Below, piece by piece: positions 12,814-25,147 of a DNA stretch of 64,000 nt. How positions within the stretch are numbered: the first letter of the stretch is position 1; each line of letters starts with the position of its first letter. A program made the position numbers and the translations under genes. Below the pieces are notes generated by a model. It was not told the DNA's origin. It saw nothing but the letters and a program-made list of their open reading frames with translations, and ran no database searches. Source of the DNA: the human T2T-CHM13v2.0 reference genome, Homo sapiens; NCBI RefSeq assembly GCF_009914755.1, contig NC_060926.1, one strand, 5' to 3'.

Positions 12814-12890
12814 GAAACCGTTCCACTGACAGTGAGGCCAACGTTCACTTTCCGTCACCACTCAACTTTGACCAAACTGTCCCACCAATG
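12814..12890 (+). other. Candidate internal exon (possible lncRNA)
   Basis: Strong acceptor ctttccctctctgcttttcccag|G and donor ATG|GTAAGG, 77 nt, retains several CpGs. Confidence 0.35.
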
Positions 12891-13417
12891 GTAAGGACTC
12901 TGAGGAAAGCTCAATTCTCTCTGATGGGAGCTACAGTGGAGTAGAAATGGCCCATCCCCAGCACTGCTGCTGATACTGATAGAGGAAATTATGCTCAGCA
13001 CTGTTCTATATCAAAATTCTGACCTCCCATCAGATTATATATCTTAGTTCAAACTTAACAACACATCAGTATTCTTTCTCTTCAAAAATATCTTCATTAG
13101 CACTTTTTCTTAAAAAAAGGGACATAATTTCTGGGTTTCTTTTTATGAATTGATTAAAACTCATTCATATTCATGGGGACATAGAAAGACTAACTTCATG
13201 TACCTTAAAATAGAGTTAAAGAAGTAATAACCCTTAATTTATTTCCCAATAAATTCCAAACAGAGCAGTTACTTTTTATTAAAATAGTCTATATGACACC
13301 AAGTCTAACAAATTTCTGAAAAGTAACATGGAAAATTACAGGAAAGGGTAACTTATCTAATTGTTCACTAAATTGAAGTTCATTTTCTTACAGTCTCCCT
13401 ATTGTAATTATTTTTCA

Positions 13418-13630
13418 TCCTTTTGATTTTAAAGTATTGTGGGTTTTAAATATTTTTTAAATTGATAAGCTGAACTGAGTCTATAAGTAGATAGATTTTA
13501 AATCTTAAATAAATTCAAAATCAGTCCTCCTTTTGATTTTAAAGTCTTGTGTTTTTTAAATTGATAAGCTGAACTGAGTCTATCTGTAAGTAGGTAGAGT
13601 GGAAATCTTAAATAAATTTAAAATCAATCC
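13418..13630. repeat. Diverged ~105-bp tandem duplication
   Basis: tccttttgattttaaagt...ttgataagctgaactgagtctat...aaatcttaaataaatt occurs at 13418 and 13528. Confidence 0.9.
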
Positions 13631-14699
13631 AAAACCTTTTTCACCTTCTGCTTTCAGCAATTAATTCTTATGTTATCTATAGCTCTCCTTTACCCAGATT
13701 CTTGTATCAGAAAATGTGTCTATAGCATTTAAGGAGGATTCAATTTTAAGGAAATGTTTTAGAGAAAGAAGGTGAAAGAGGAAGAATACAAAATAAATGT
13801 ACAATGAATAATAATTACAGTGTGTTTGTGTGTGTGTATATATATATATTTCATATGTGTTTCAAAACCTACACTTGCAAAGTTTCATTTCAGAAAGAAA
13901 AACCTATCAAAGCATATCATTTTAATTATACTTCTATTACCAGGGGACTCTGAAAGTGTATATTAAATTAATGAAATGGATTTCCTTGGTTCCACAGTGG
14001 TTATTAGCAGGAAGAGCTCCCAGTTTTCATATTATGTACATCACTAACTTTAATTGCATTAGGCTGAGCTGGGAGAACTATTTTTAGGAAATATTTCATC
14101 CTCAATACAATTTCTGTTGGCTGTCTGCCTACTACTGCTCCAGGACTGAGAATTCTCTCATAAATGTTAACTTATTACTTCTGTCAGTCATGCTTTCACA
14201 CATACCACCTCATGAAAACTACCCAAATGACTTGGCTTAGGCTCCTAGGAGGACACCGATGGAGCAAGACAGGTGGGCTTCCTTGTTGGCACTCAGGGAC
14301 AAGTGCATGATCATGCAACATCTGGATGTGCACACACGTGTGACCCTACACAAGCACACGGAGGGACAGTGACAAACCTGGGATTCCTGCAGCTCGGGGA
14401 AGCTACTGCCCATGCAATCCGGAATATGAAGATGTTGTAAAATAAAAAACTGAAGCACAGAGGAAATGAGCTCTTTGCTATTTGTGCCTAGCAACTCACT
14501 GAGGTTTCTGAGTCTGACCTCAAATTACTGGTGGACTCTATGATGGTAAATACAGGGTGTTTAATGTCATAGTATTTCTGGTGCCAAGGTCTCTACTAGA
14601 ATGTAGGAGTTACAAACCTGATAAATAATTTAGAAATTATGTACTCCAAAGCTTCCACTTGATAGATAAGTCCACTATGAACAGTTGATGTAGCTTTGG

Positions 14700-15340
14700 A
14701 GAAGGAAAATTTGGCAGGGTCTCTTGAAATTTAAGACATGCATAACTTCAACCTGGCAAGTTGTCTACTTAGAAATATATCTATCTACATCCTCATAATG
14801 TGGGCAAAGATATGTGGAGTCCTGTTTATAATTAAGAAAAAAATAGAAATAACCTGAATACTTAGGAATAGGGAATATTTGAATAAAGTAAGGTGTATTC
14901 ATACTACAAAACAGCATAGTTTTTTTAATATGTCTCAGATTATATATTATAAGGCCTGCAATATATATTAATTGAGAAAAACAATTCACTGTATACTAGA
15001 TGGACTATGACTTTATTTAGGTAAAATGAGCTATGTAATGCAATTTATAAATTACGTAACCCAAAAATTTCAAGTATGTGAAATTTACATCATGCATATT
15101 TTACATACATATGAAATAGATTTGTATATATATTATATATGTGGGTAAATATGCATACACATACGTAACTTTAAGGAAGGTTAAATGATAAACTTAATAG
15201 AGCTGGGGAATGAAGAAAGAGCAGGTGATGGGTATGGGTGTCATACTTTTTTATTCTATATTCCTTTATATTTTTCATTTTGCCATAATACCCATGTATT
15301 CATATATTACTGCATAACTAAAAAAATGTATACAGATTTT
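14700..15340 (+). mobile_element. Very old L1 (L1ME-like) 3' fragment
   Basis: Degenerate L1 3' motifs (acttagaaatatatct..., gaataaagtaaggtgtattcatactac). Confidence 0.45.
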
Positions 15341-15509
15341 TTTAAAGAAGCTATAACCAATAGAAGAAGTTACTTGCATGCTCAAAATCATTCCACTAAT
15401 TTATGGTAGAACTGAAATAAAACAGAGAGGATGGGCACTCTGGGATAAAGTCATGACTATCACATATCTTAGAACTGAGAGAGACCTCAGGACTTGAAAA
15501 CAATGGCAA

Positions 15510-16068
15510 ACCCTTGTCTATGACTAAGTACTCAAGATACTGCTTTAAGTGCTTTACTCATATTAATTTATTTAATCCTCAAAACAATCCCATTGGGTGC
15601 CCATTAATATCTCATTGGTAATACGTTTGCGACGTGGGCATTGTAATCCCCTCCATGGTATGCACACCCTACATTTCCTTCCTCAGATGGCCTCTGAGGT
15701 TGCCTTTGGTCAGTGAGACAATAGGAAAAGTGATATAAGCAGAAGCCTGAAAAGTCCTTGGAGGTCAGGGCCTGTCTGTTCTTACCACTGGGACCCCTCC
15801 AACATCATGTGAAACAGCCTAGACTTGCCTCCAGAGCAAAGAAAGAACACCTGGAGAGAGCTTGAGACATCCTTGCCACAGCACAGCCTCAGACACAGCA
15901 AAAGAGGCCTCCCCAGACCATCAGGAATGCTGAGGGGCCTACCTGCTCACAGACACAACCCCTATTTCTCAGATAAGGCAACTGAGACCAGATAATTTCT
16001 AAGTGGCAGAGCCAGGAAACAAATCCAAGCAGTTAGCTCTAGAATCTAGCTTCTTAATCACCAAGCTA
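15510..16068 (-). mobile_element. MIR (15510-15595 and 15960-16068) interrupted by an old LTR-like segment
   Basis: gtgctttactcatattaatttatttaatcctcaaaacaatcc ... cctatttctcagataaggcaactgagac are consecutive MIR parts. Confidence 0.5.
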
Positions 16069-16274
16069 TGTATCTGATTGGCACTCATGATAAGGAAAGA
16101 CACACTCCTGCATCATGAAGCGAATTTGACCCAAAGAAGGGGCAGCAGCAGCATAGGATGGGAGAGGCCATTTCAAAGGGTCAGAGGTGGAAGCATTTAT
16201 GTCCTCAGGTGTCTGTCTTTGTGCACGTGAAGTAAGAAAGCAAGAACCAACTACCCTAGAGGGTTTAACAAGAA

Positions 16275-16481
16275 CAAGGATTGGCGAACACAGGCTGACG
16301 ATCAAATCCAGTCCACCACCTGTTTATATAAAGTCTTATTGGAGCATAGGGGGCCCATCAGTTTCTACATTGTCTGTGGCTGACTTCACATTACAATGAC
16401 AGAGTTGAACAGTCCCAACATATGGCTTCTAGAGCTAGAAATATTACCAAGACCTCTTTAGAAAAAGTTTGCCAACTCATG
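16275..16481 (+). mobile_element. MER58A (hAT-Charlie MITE)
   Basis: Follows recalled MER58A consensus: ttggcgaa...aaatccagtccaccacctg...aaagtcttattgg...agaaaaagtttgccaac. Confidence 0.8.
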
Positions 16482-16908
16482 AGGTAGAAGGGGAGACAAT
16501 TAGTGGGGTCTAGAGATAAAGCTGGAGACCCAGACATTATAGTTATCAAGGGACTTTACTGGAGGCTGAGGAATTTAGATGTCACATGACATGTCATTAG
16601 AGAACTCCTCCAGGACCCACATGGGGGAGGGAAAAGGAGTCCTGAGAAAATGACATCTGGAAAATAAGACTAGAGTGAAGATAAGCCAGTCTGGAGACCA
16701 GCAAGAGGTGTATCAAAAATGATGTCATGAGATGAGGAAGCCAGGTCTAGGTTAGGAGTGGTAGAAATACCCAGGAGAGGAGGATGTGGATGCAGCTTTG
16801 GAGTGAGGCAAAAATTGCCTAGATGCAAATGATTCATGGTCCTGTAAATGGCTAATATGTCAGCCTATTACAATGGGTGAGAGGTAATTTTGCAGTCACC
16901 TCTGCAGT

Positions 16909-17059
16909 CACCATAATTACTTTTACGCCAACCTAATACTTTGTTATTAGGTTGGTGCAAAATATTATTCTAATGTTTTAATTCTAAAACATTAGGATAC
17001 TAATGTTTGCCATTACCTTTAATAGCAAAAATCACAATTACTTTTGCAGCACCCTAATA
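16909..17059. mobile_element. MADE1 (Hsmar1-derived MITE) cluster: half element 16909-16936 plus element 16947-17057 with internal insertion
   Basis: TIR ttaggttggtgcaaaa / aattacttttgca..cctaa flanked by TA dinucleotides. Confidence 0.85.
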
Positions 17060-17576
17060 CTAGGATGCAGCAGTAAATTCTCCACCTCCCCTCCTCCCTA
17101 GAGGAGACTGTTATTTTCTCAAGAACTTACTCTCACCACCACTCTCATCTTGTTCTCTCTCCCAGGTTGTTGAACAACTTCCACCCACCACTGTCTGAGA
17201 GCAGGGAAGCTAGGCTGAGGGTCCAAGCCAACCTCCAATTCCATTATATATGAACTTGTATCTTGATAAGTTTACTTTATTTCCTCATATTGAGATTCCT
17301 TCTTTCAAATTAGGAAATTTAGTCTCAGAAAATATGTCCTGTGGAATATTGCACAAATTTTAAAAAGGGTAGAAGAGAAGAAAATTAAGTCCTGGTGAAT
17401 CTATTTCCAAAGTCTATATTTTTTCAGCTAAAGTGTGAACAATGGGCAATCTTATTTATTTTTCTCAGAATTCACTTTCTGATTTAACTTTATGTCTAAT
17501 TTGCAGTACAAAATCTATATTTACTATGACAATTTACCTTTTCTTCAATTCTGTGGCACTAGAACAGGGTAAGTTT

Positions 17577-18141
17577 TGACCAAAGACAGCCTCCTCTGAG
17601 CCCTCTTCTCAACCAGCCTCAAACTTAGCCTATAAGAACTACAGACTGTCAATACAAATGTTTTTGTCCACTCCTCTCACCTACCAACACATTAAGAGAC
17701 TTGAAAACACTAGCATAATCTCTAATAGCTCAAGGCCATGTCTCTAGGACAACAGCTTCAGTTCCCTCTTAAATTCCTGCCTGGGAAACCCCAAGGCCGC
17801 CCAAAAAACTTGCTGTTCATTCCAGCCAATACCGGAAGACAGGGCCGCGTCTCCCAGTCTCTGTGGGAGGACAGGGACCTAACTTCCCTAAGAAACGACT
17901 AATCACATTGACCAACCACCATCTCCACTTTCCTGCTTTATGTAAATTTCTACCTCCCTGCCTCTGCTGCTGTCCTGGCTAGTTCCATTCCTACTCCCTA
18001 GTTCTCCCTTTAAAATGTTCAGTCACTCCTGCAAAAACCTAGGAAGAGCTTGGTTTCCAGGACTCTCTCCCCTATTGCAATAGGCTGAATAAAATCTGCT
18101 TTCATCACCTTCCACTCTTGTCCTTGCCTATTTACCTGACA
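17577..18141 (+). mobile_element. MER67-family ERV1 LTR
   Basis: ctcctctgagccctcttctc...gctcaaggcc...ttccagccaa...tctcccagtctctgtgggagg...cctattgcaata..gaataaa...tgaca. Confidence 0.7.
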
Positions 18142-19689
18142 GTTTCCCTCTGTCCCATCCTCCATTGGACCCACTCCTGCCCCATAGCTGAGCTTTAAAT
18201 GGAAGGCGATTCTTTCAGAAATATAATCTCCATTACACATGCCTTAGCTCAATTTTTTCTTACCAAAACCTTGCCATGTGAGAAATATTCTCCTTATTTT
18301 TCCAGACGAGGAGGCTGAGGTTCAGAGAAAAAGTATAGAGTAACAAAACAATCAAGTTGTAAGACATAAATAGAGTGTAAACCCACATCTCTTAAACACT
18401 GGGTTTGAGTGCTGTTTTCTGGAAACCAGGTAGTTGACAAAGTCTTAATGGAAGTTAACGTTTGAACGTTGCTCTGAGCTGTTGGCTCTCATCATCAACT
18501 GAAAAGAAAGATGAGAAGTTTGTAATTTATCCTTTTTATCTCATCCCACTCAGTTGATCCTAGAAAGTCAGTGCCTCCTCCAAGACATCTACTGCTTTAG
18601 CTTTTGTTCACTCAGCTCCAAGATAGAGAAGACACTTCTGCACCCATTTCTTTCATGAAATGATTTTAATTCCTCCATGGTGCTGAGCATTCTTCTGTGA
18701 ATGTCACTGAGAGACACAGGTCACATTTTCTCTGGGAAACTGCAGACCCAGCAGCTCATCCTTGCCCTCCTTCTACACATGAGGCTCAGAGTAATTCAGC
18801 TTCAGTTCACATTGTTTTTTTTAGAACCTATTGTTTAAACATAGTTATTTTTACATGATCATCTAAAACTTCTAAAATCTGTTTGCATGATCTAATGCTA
18901 AGACAACTATTCTTTGTTCTCTATTTCTGTAATTGGTTTTCTTGGTTTAACATGCAGGTCCTAATATCTAGTCCAGTTTAATTATGACTTATTTGGCTTA
19001 TATTGTTTTGGCCAACAAATAGCTTTCTTGATCCTGGCTCTTTTATATTCTCTTTGATCACAACTCAGAAGTGGCTGATTAAAAAAACCATATGTATTTT
19101 TGTTCAGTTTAAGACTCCAAGTGAATATATCCCCAAACTCTTTAAATGCCTTACAAGAGAATTGCCAGTGGGTGCACAGCTCCTACGTGACTAACTCCCA
19201 TTTTTGCATTCAGGAGCATGACAGCAATACCACTTTCCACTCTTTGGGAAAGAGTGCTTTGTTTTCATAGTGTGTACATTTTGCACTGACTTTTTTTCCC
19301 CAGAGATAGCGAGATCAACTGTGTTTTGTAATTTTAAAAATCTGTTAATGCCATGAATCAATGATATGTCATGTGAAGAAAATGTAATTAGGTAAATCTA
19401 ATAGAAGTCATGATAAAAGCACTCCAAATATTTTTACTCCAAATTAGCATATAATAACTAATATTTGCCACATGCTTTACACTAAATTAATTCCCTAATT
19501 TGATAAATATGGCAATATTTAATAATTTGTGTACAGGTGGTATTACCTACCTTACTGTGCAGATGAGGAAACTAAAAACGATATATGCTTGCGATATGTT
19601 TTATGTCACATAGGCTAGTTAATATTTATACAAAAATTCCAATGGAGGAATGTCTGGTTCATGATAGTGAACTAAATGCTCTTTTAACT

Positions 19690-20425
19690 CACAACCCCAA
19701 ATGAGACAAGTAGATAGAGGTTTAACTCTCTCAAAATAGTAATTAAATTTAATGAAAACACAATGAATAATCCAATTAAAAATAGAATATTAGAAAATAG
19801 ATGCTGCTTAAAAGAAGAACATTTAAATATAAGCAGCAATAATGTAAAAACTGAAGAAAGGAAAAAGATAAGCAAAAGAAAGCTAGTATATCTACCATAA
19901 TTTAAGACAAAATAGACTTTATAGCAAAAAAAAAAAACCGCTAGAAAATATGAAAGGCATTTCAAAATAATAATAGAAATCAGTAGAAAGATACAATGGT
20001 TCCAAATGTGTATGCACTTACTAACCCAGTTTCAAAATACATAAAGCAATGGTTGATAATATTAAAAGGACATAATAGGAAATCCACACTCAACACTGGA
20101 AATTTTACCACACATCTCTAGACATTATATTTCAACAGAAATATAATATTGAATAAATGTAGTCAGACACAAATATGTGCATATTAATGATTGCTTTTAC
20201 AAAAAGTTCAAAATTAGGCAAAACTAATTTATGTCGACAGAATTCATGGTTGTGCTTATCTTTGTGAAGATGGTGAGTACTGACTTGGAGGAAGCACAAG
20301 AGGGAATTCATGTTTCTATTAATTTCAGATTTCTCAATCTGGCTATTATTCACTTCATGCAAATCCATAGAGCTACAGTCTTATGACATATACTCAGTTT
20401 TGTGCACTTGTTTTAGTTTTGTAAA
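19690..20425 (+). mobile_element. Old L1 (L1ME-like) fragments: endonuclease region fused to 3' end
   Basis: caaaatagactttatagc...aaatgtgtatgcac...aaaatacataaagcaa, then aaaaagttcaaaattaggcaaaactaa. Confidence 0.6.
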
Positions 20426-20629
20426 TAAGGCAGATTATCTCTCTCTTCTGCTCTCAACCCCCTGATATTTGTCCTCAAACTGAATAGCTGAACAGGTGGC
20501 CATTGAGTGCGTTGCCTCCCCTGGTAGGTCTCAGTTCATACAACCTAGAGCCATATCACTGACACACCAGGCAGTGACCAAACTGCCTGCCTCCCTACTC
20601 CAGCCCCAAAACCCTTGCTTCTCCTTGAC

Positions 20630-20965
20630 ATCCAAAGCAATTCCCTCCTTAGAATTCTCTTTCAAGGAGGCGCTTCTCCCAAATACTTTGCTTCCTCATT
20701 CAGGTTGCTAATGTTACCTTATCAGAAAGGTTTTGCCTGACCATCGTATCTAAAGTAGAAACCTCCTTCAATTTTTTGTTTCTTTGCCCTTCTTTAATGT
20801 TCTTCACAGAGCTAATCACTATGTAAAATTATATTGTATGTCTATTTGTGTATTTCTTGTCTACTCCCACAGGGGCAGAGTCATAATATTTATTTTTCAC
20901 TTTTATATTCTCAGAACTTTGAATAATATATGAGGTAATTAGTGTTGAAGAATTGAATGTATAAG
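20630..20965 (+). mobile_element. L2 3' fragment
   Basis: cttcctcattcagg...gttaccttatcagaaagg...ttgaatg tail. Confidence 0.5.
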
Positions 20966-22159
20966 TGAAATGAGCTAAAGTTCCATCTTTCATGGCTGGA
21001 ATTTAATAGTCATCATCTAAAACAATATTAAAAGCACATTATTTAACTCTGTAAAGATAACCAGAACTAAAATAAAATATGAACAGTGGGAGATTTGGAA
21101 GTGACAGATTTGTCACTTATTAGAGAATTGTCACAATTAGAGAATTGTCGCTTATCATTACAAGAACTTATGTATTATTTAGTATTGAATTTAATTTTTT
21201 TTATGTTTTTAGCTTTAAAACGTGAAAAAATAGAGGAAATAAAAAATTTAGGAAATTGGCTCTAAGTTCCATTCTTTTGCTCTAGACTCTACCCTGTCTT
21301 TACGTATCTGTCATCCTTAGCTTAATAACTGTTTCTACTAGATGCTGCTGATGCTGATGTATTTACAATATTGAGCCACTTTTCAGGCCACAGTAGCCCG
21401 TCATAACTAAATGGGATTGTTCTAAATTCAAGGGAAAAACTCTGCATTAACTATGGTGGAATAAATGGTGGGGGTCCGCCCGAGAACAGCCTTGGGTGAC
21501 TGGCTGGGATGTAATGAATAGCCCATACTGAGCAGGTTGGAAGAAATGCAAAGTGTGCTGAGGCTCCCCTATTCCTGAGGTCTGCACCCTGTTGTCTATG
21601 CAGAGCTCACACATCTGGGCAAGTATGCAACATCTCCATCAACACACAGGAAAGCAGTAAACAATTATCCAACTAATGTCATGCAAAGAGGGTACTGGAG
21701 TGTAGGGAAATAAGACATTTTGTTTGATATCTTATTAAAGGTGTTATGTATATGGATTTAAAGAATGCACCCTAATTTTCTTTACTTGCCATGTGTCTTT
21801 GATGGGTTGTCCTATAATGTGTGACAAGTCTTTAGCATTCATTAAGTCAAAGTTCAACAGGGGAGAAAACTAAAAATATTGCAGACTTGCATTTCCTTAA
21901 AGGCACATGTGCTGAGATTTTTTTTCTTCCTTTACTTTTCTGTACAACCCCAATTTGCTTCAAGCAAAAGCAATGTAATTGTTCTGTCAAGAAAATCAAA
22001 CTGATTACAGCCACATGGTGTGTCTTCTGTGAATGAAAATCAGAGAGTTGCTGTGTGCTGGGTTCGGTTTGGTGATCTTGCAAGGGGAGGGAGCTGAACT
22101 TCATCTCTCTTCCTGTCTCCTCATGAACCAGTGATGTCCCCTCAGCCCTTCCATACGCA

Positions 22160-22512
22160 GAGCGTGTACCCGTTTGAGGATATTTCTCCTAGATTTTACC
22201 ACGTCTGGGTTTATCTTTTCATTTGGCTATCTGCGCAAGAATTAAGTGTGTTTCCCCAAAGAGACTTTTCCCAATCGCCCCTCTAAAATTACACATTCAT
22301 TCCTTCACTTCACCATCTCAATTTGTTTGCTCCTTAGCAGCATTTGTAATTATTTTATTGACATACTTTTATGTGTTTATTCTCGCTGGGCTGTGAGCTC
22401 CAGGATGGTAGGGACTATTTCTGTTGTTTCATTCCCAGCAATTCCCCACGCCTAAATCAGTGTCTGGTGCGATAATGGGAAACAATAGAAGCTTGCTGGG
22501 TGAATAAATAAA
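22160..22512 (+). mobile_element. L2 3' fragment
   Basis: ctgtgagctccaggatggtagggac...gtgtctgg...tgaataaataaa. Confidence 0.6.
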
Positions 22513-22619
22513 GAGGTAGTTTGAAAAGGAAGAATTGTAACAGTAGACATTTCAATAGAAGCACTAAGTACTCAACAATGAGTTGCTGAATGTGGAATGA
22601 TATTTTATAATTTTAAATA

Positions 22620-22810
22620 ATATTACAGTTTGTAAAGTGTTTTCATATCAATTATTATCATTTGATTCTGTCAGCAACCCTGGGTAAGTGCAGAAGAAAG
22701 GCTCAGAAACATTATGTGACTTGTCCTAGGTCAACCAGCTAACAGATGACAGAGCCTGGAACCCTGGGCCTACGTCCTCACAAACCACACTCTTTCCACT
22801 GCGCTGCAGC
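22620..22810 (-). mobile_element. MIR
   Basis: aaagtgttttcatat...aggctcagaaac...gtgacttgtcctaggtca...gacagagcctgga. Confidence 0.6.
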
Positions 22811-23479
22811 TGCCTCCTTAAAAGGATATTTTGTTCCTTGTCTCTACCAAAATTATTTATAATCTCTAGCACTTTGCTTCATTGCAGTAATATCAATATT
22901 TGCACAAAACAAAACCATCTGATAAATCTTCTAACGCCTTGGTTTGAGAGGCAGCTTTTTTCCCCTTTTCCTATCACTGCTGCTACCTGCAATGCTGTGT
23001 TGCCAAAAAGTGTCACATGGAACTAGCACCTATCCTACATCAATTAAACTTCTAGGTGTATTTAAACATTAAAAAAAGTCATTTGCACTTGGATTAATTA
23101 ATGTAGAGATTAACTTTTTTAACGGACTAGTATCACTTCTCAGCAGTCTAGACATTCACATATTCATGAGTGACCAGATCAGTGATACTCATATAAATCT
23201 GCAAGTGAAGAAAATGAGCTGGGGCTATCAGTGTCTTTTTTGAAGCAAGCAAACAAAAAGCTCACCTACCTCAGTGTGATCTACATGTCCAATTCCATGG
23301 GATAATTTGAACTGTTGAGACTTATGAATATGATGAAAAAAGAAGAGATTTAGGAGTTCAACTGTAACGGTTCTCTAATAATGTGGTACGTCGATTCCTA
23401 GAAAACTACTTAATAACTAGAAAAGAGAGTTGCTTTCAGGGCCAACTTAAGTAAATTGGAAGCTATTTCTTCATTTAAA

Positions 23480-23511
<32 letters not shown>

Positions 23512-23532
23512 ACACACAGACACACACACACA
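23480..23532. repeat. (CA)n microsatellite, interrupted by GA
   Basis: Direct inspection. Confidence 0.95.
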
Positions 23533-23599
23533 CCATGCTCAGGTATAACGGCCTTTTATTCAACGAAAGAAGGATCCTGACAAGAAAATCCTCATACTA

Positions 23600-23900
23600 T
23601 ATTCTCTGTTACAGCGCATGTTTTACTAAATCCTCCTTTCCTTCCAGAACTGTGAGACTTTGACAGCAAGTCACTTAACTCTGTCCAGCAGCAGCTGTGT
23701 GGGTTTTGCATAATTAATTATTTATACCAAGGCAGACACAGTAATTAACATCCAGATGAATATAATATTCTGATCAGAAATACTTTGCATTTCAGCCATC
23801 CCTCAAGCAAGTAGCTGTCAAAACCGGACTGTTTGACAGAGTGGGGCCTGCCAAAAACCTCCCAGACATCTGTTCTGTAACAAAAAGAACAGATTCTCAA
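23600..23900. promoter_or_regulatory. Candidate developmental enhancer (TGACAG x3, TAATTA, POU-like, CAGCTG)
   Basis: Repeat-free; tttgacag near 23660; inverted pair ctgtcaaa 23815-23822 / tttgacag 23832-23839; tttgcataattaatta near 23705. Confidence 0.35.
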
Positions 23901-24519
23901 AGCAGTGTGTACATATATTCACTGGTTTCAGTAGGCAAGGAATAGTTGATTACCTTTTCACAAATTCCGGTCAATTTTGTCTGGTTCCAAGAACATCACT
24001 CAGCATCTCACAGAAGGGCTGAATTTTAAATGAAAAGTCTATGTCTCTGTGGGTGCCAGCCTTGCAAATGCAGTCAAATAAAAAATCCTGTTCAGATACT
24101 CCTCAGATCTGTGAATGGAAGTGTCATAACATTACTTTCATCCTTCCATGGCTAAAAAACCAATAGTCTATGAATTATTCTTAACAACCATGTAGTTCCT
24201 TGACACCAAATTATATTGCCACTTGTATAGAAAAATGGAAATACATGAACTGTATTAAAAGTTGTAGATTTTTTAAGAAATAGTGAGACAACATCACCAA
24301 CCAGCAGCTAGATTGTGTTTATGCAGATGAATGCAGGGCTTCCAATACGGTTCACATTGCTTCCTGGACGTAGTTGGATTGGGGTGCTCCCCTGGTCATT
24401 TTTTCAACTCAAAACAGGGTAGCCATTGCCAAGACATATAATTACTGCCCAGGGCTGGCGATTGTGACTAATATAGATAGATGGATTGGATTATTTATAA
24501 CCCAATTAATTATTTTTAT

Positions 24520-24710
24520 GTCAACCCGGAAATATGGATTGGGAATCAGAAGACCCGGATACTAGTTTCAGTTTCATCTTTTAGGATCATTTTTACGTTG
24601 TGCCAATCTCTGGACCACTGTAAGCATCAGCCTCCTTATCTGCAAAATGGGGATAGTTAATTTATCTTGTTTGTAGATAATGTTTATAAAAGCTTTTTGA
24701 GAATTTTCAA
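24520..24710 (+). mobile_element. MIR
   Basis: gggaatcagaagacccggat...cctccttatctgcaaaatggggata. Confidence 0.6.
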
Positions 24711-24822
24711 GATCTAGGTTATAATATCAAATTCTGATGATAATACCAGATGTACATAAGGACATGTTTTGTCTCCACTGACACTTTTTTCTTAACTTTC
24801 TAGTATCAGCTGGCTCATTTTT

Positions 24823-25147
24823 AAGATTGTTAGATGATTTAGCAAATAAAAATACAGGAGACCGGGTGTGGTGGCTCATGCCTATAATCCCAGCTGTCAG
24901 GGAGGCAGAGGCAGGAGGATAGCTTGAGCTCAGGAGTTCGAGACTTGCCTGGGAAATATAGTGAAACTTTGTTCTCACAAAAAAAGAAAAAAAAAGAAAA
25001 AAATACAGGATGCTCAGGTAAATTTGAATTTCAGGTACAATAATTGAGTAACTTTTTAATATAAGTATGTCCCATGTCATATTCAGAAATAATTGTATAC
25101 AATTAATTTATTGCTTATCTGTATTTAACCTGTATTTGTCCAGTATT
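24823..25147. mobile_element. MER53 palindromic hAT MITE, interrupted by FLAM_C
   Basis: gatttagcaaataaaaatacagga|tgctcaggtaaatttgaatttcag...tataagtatgtccca. Confidence 0.75.
24860..24998 (+). mobile_element. FLAM_C (free left Alu monomer)
   Basis: Left monomer plus poly-A; TSD aaaaatacagga at 24848-24859 and 24999-25010. Confidence 0.9.
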
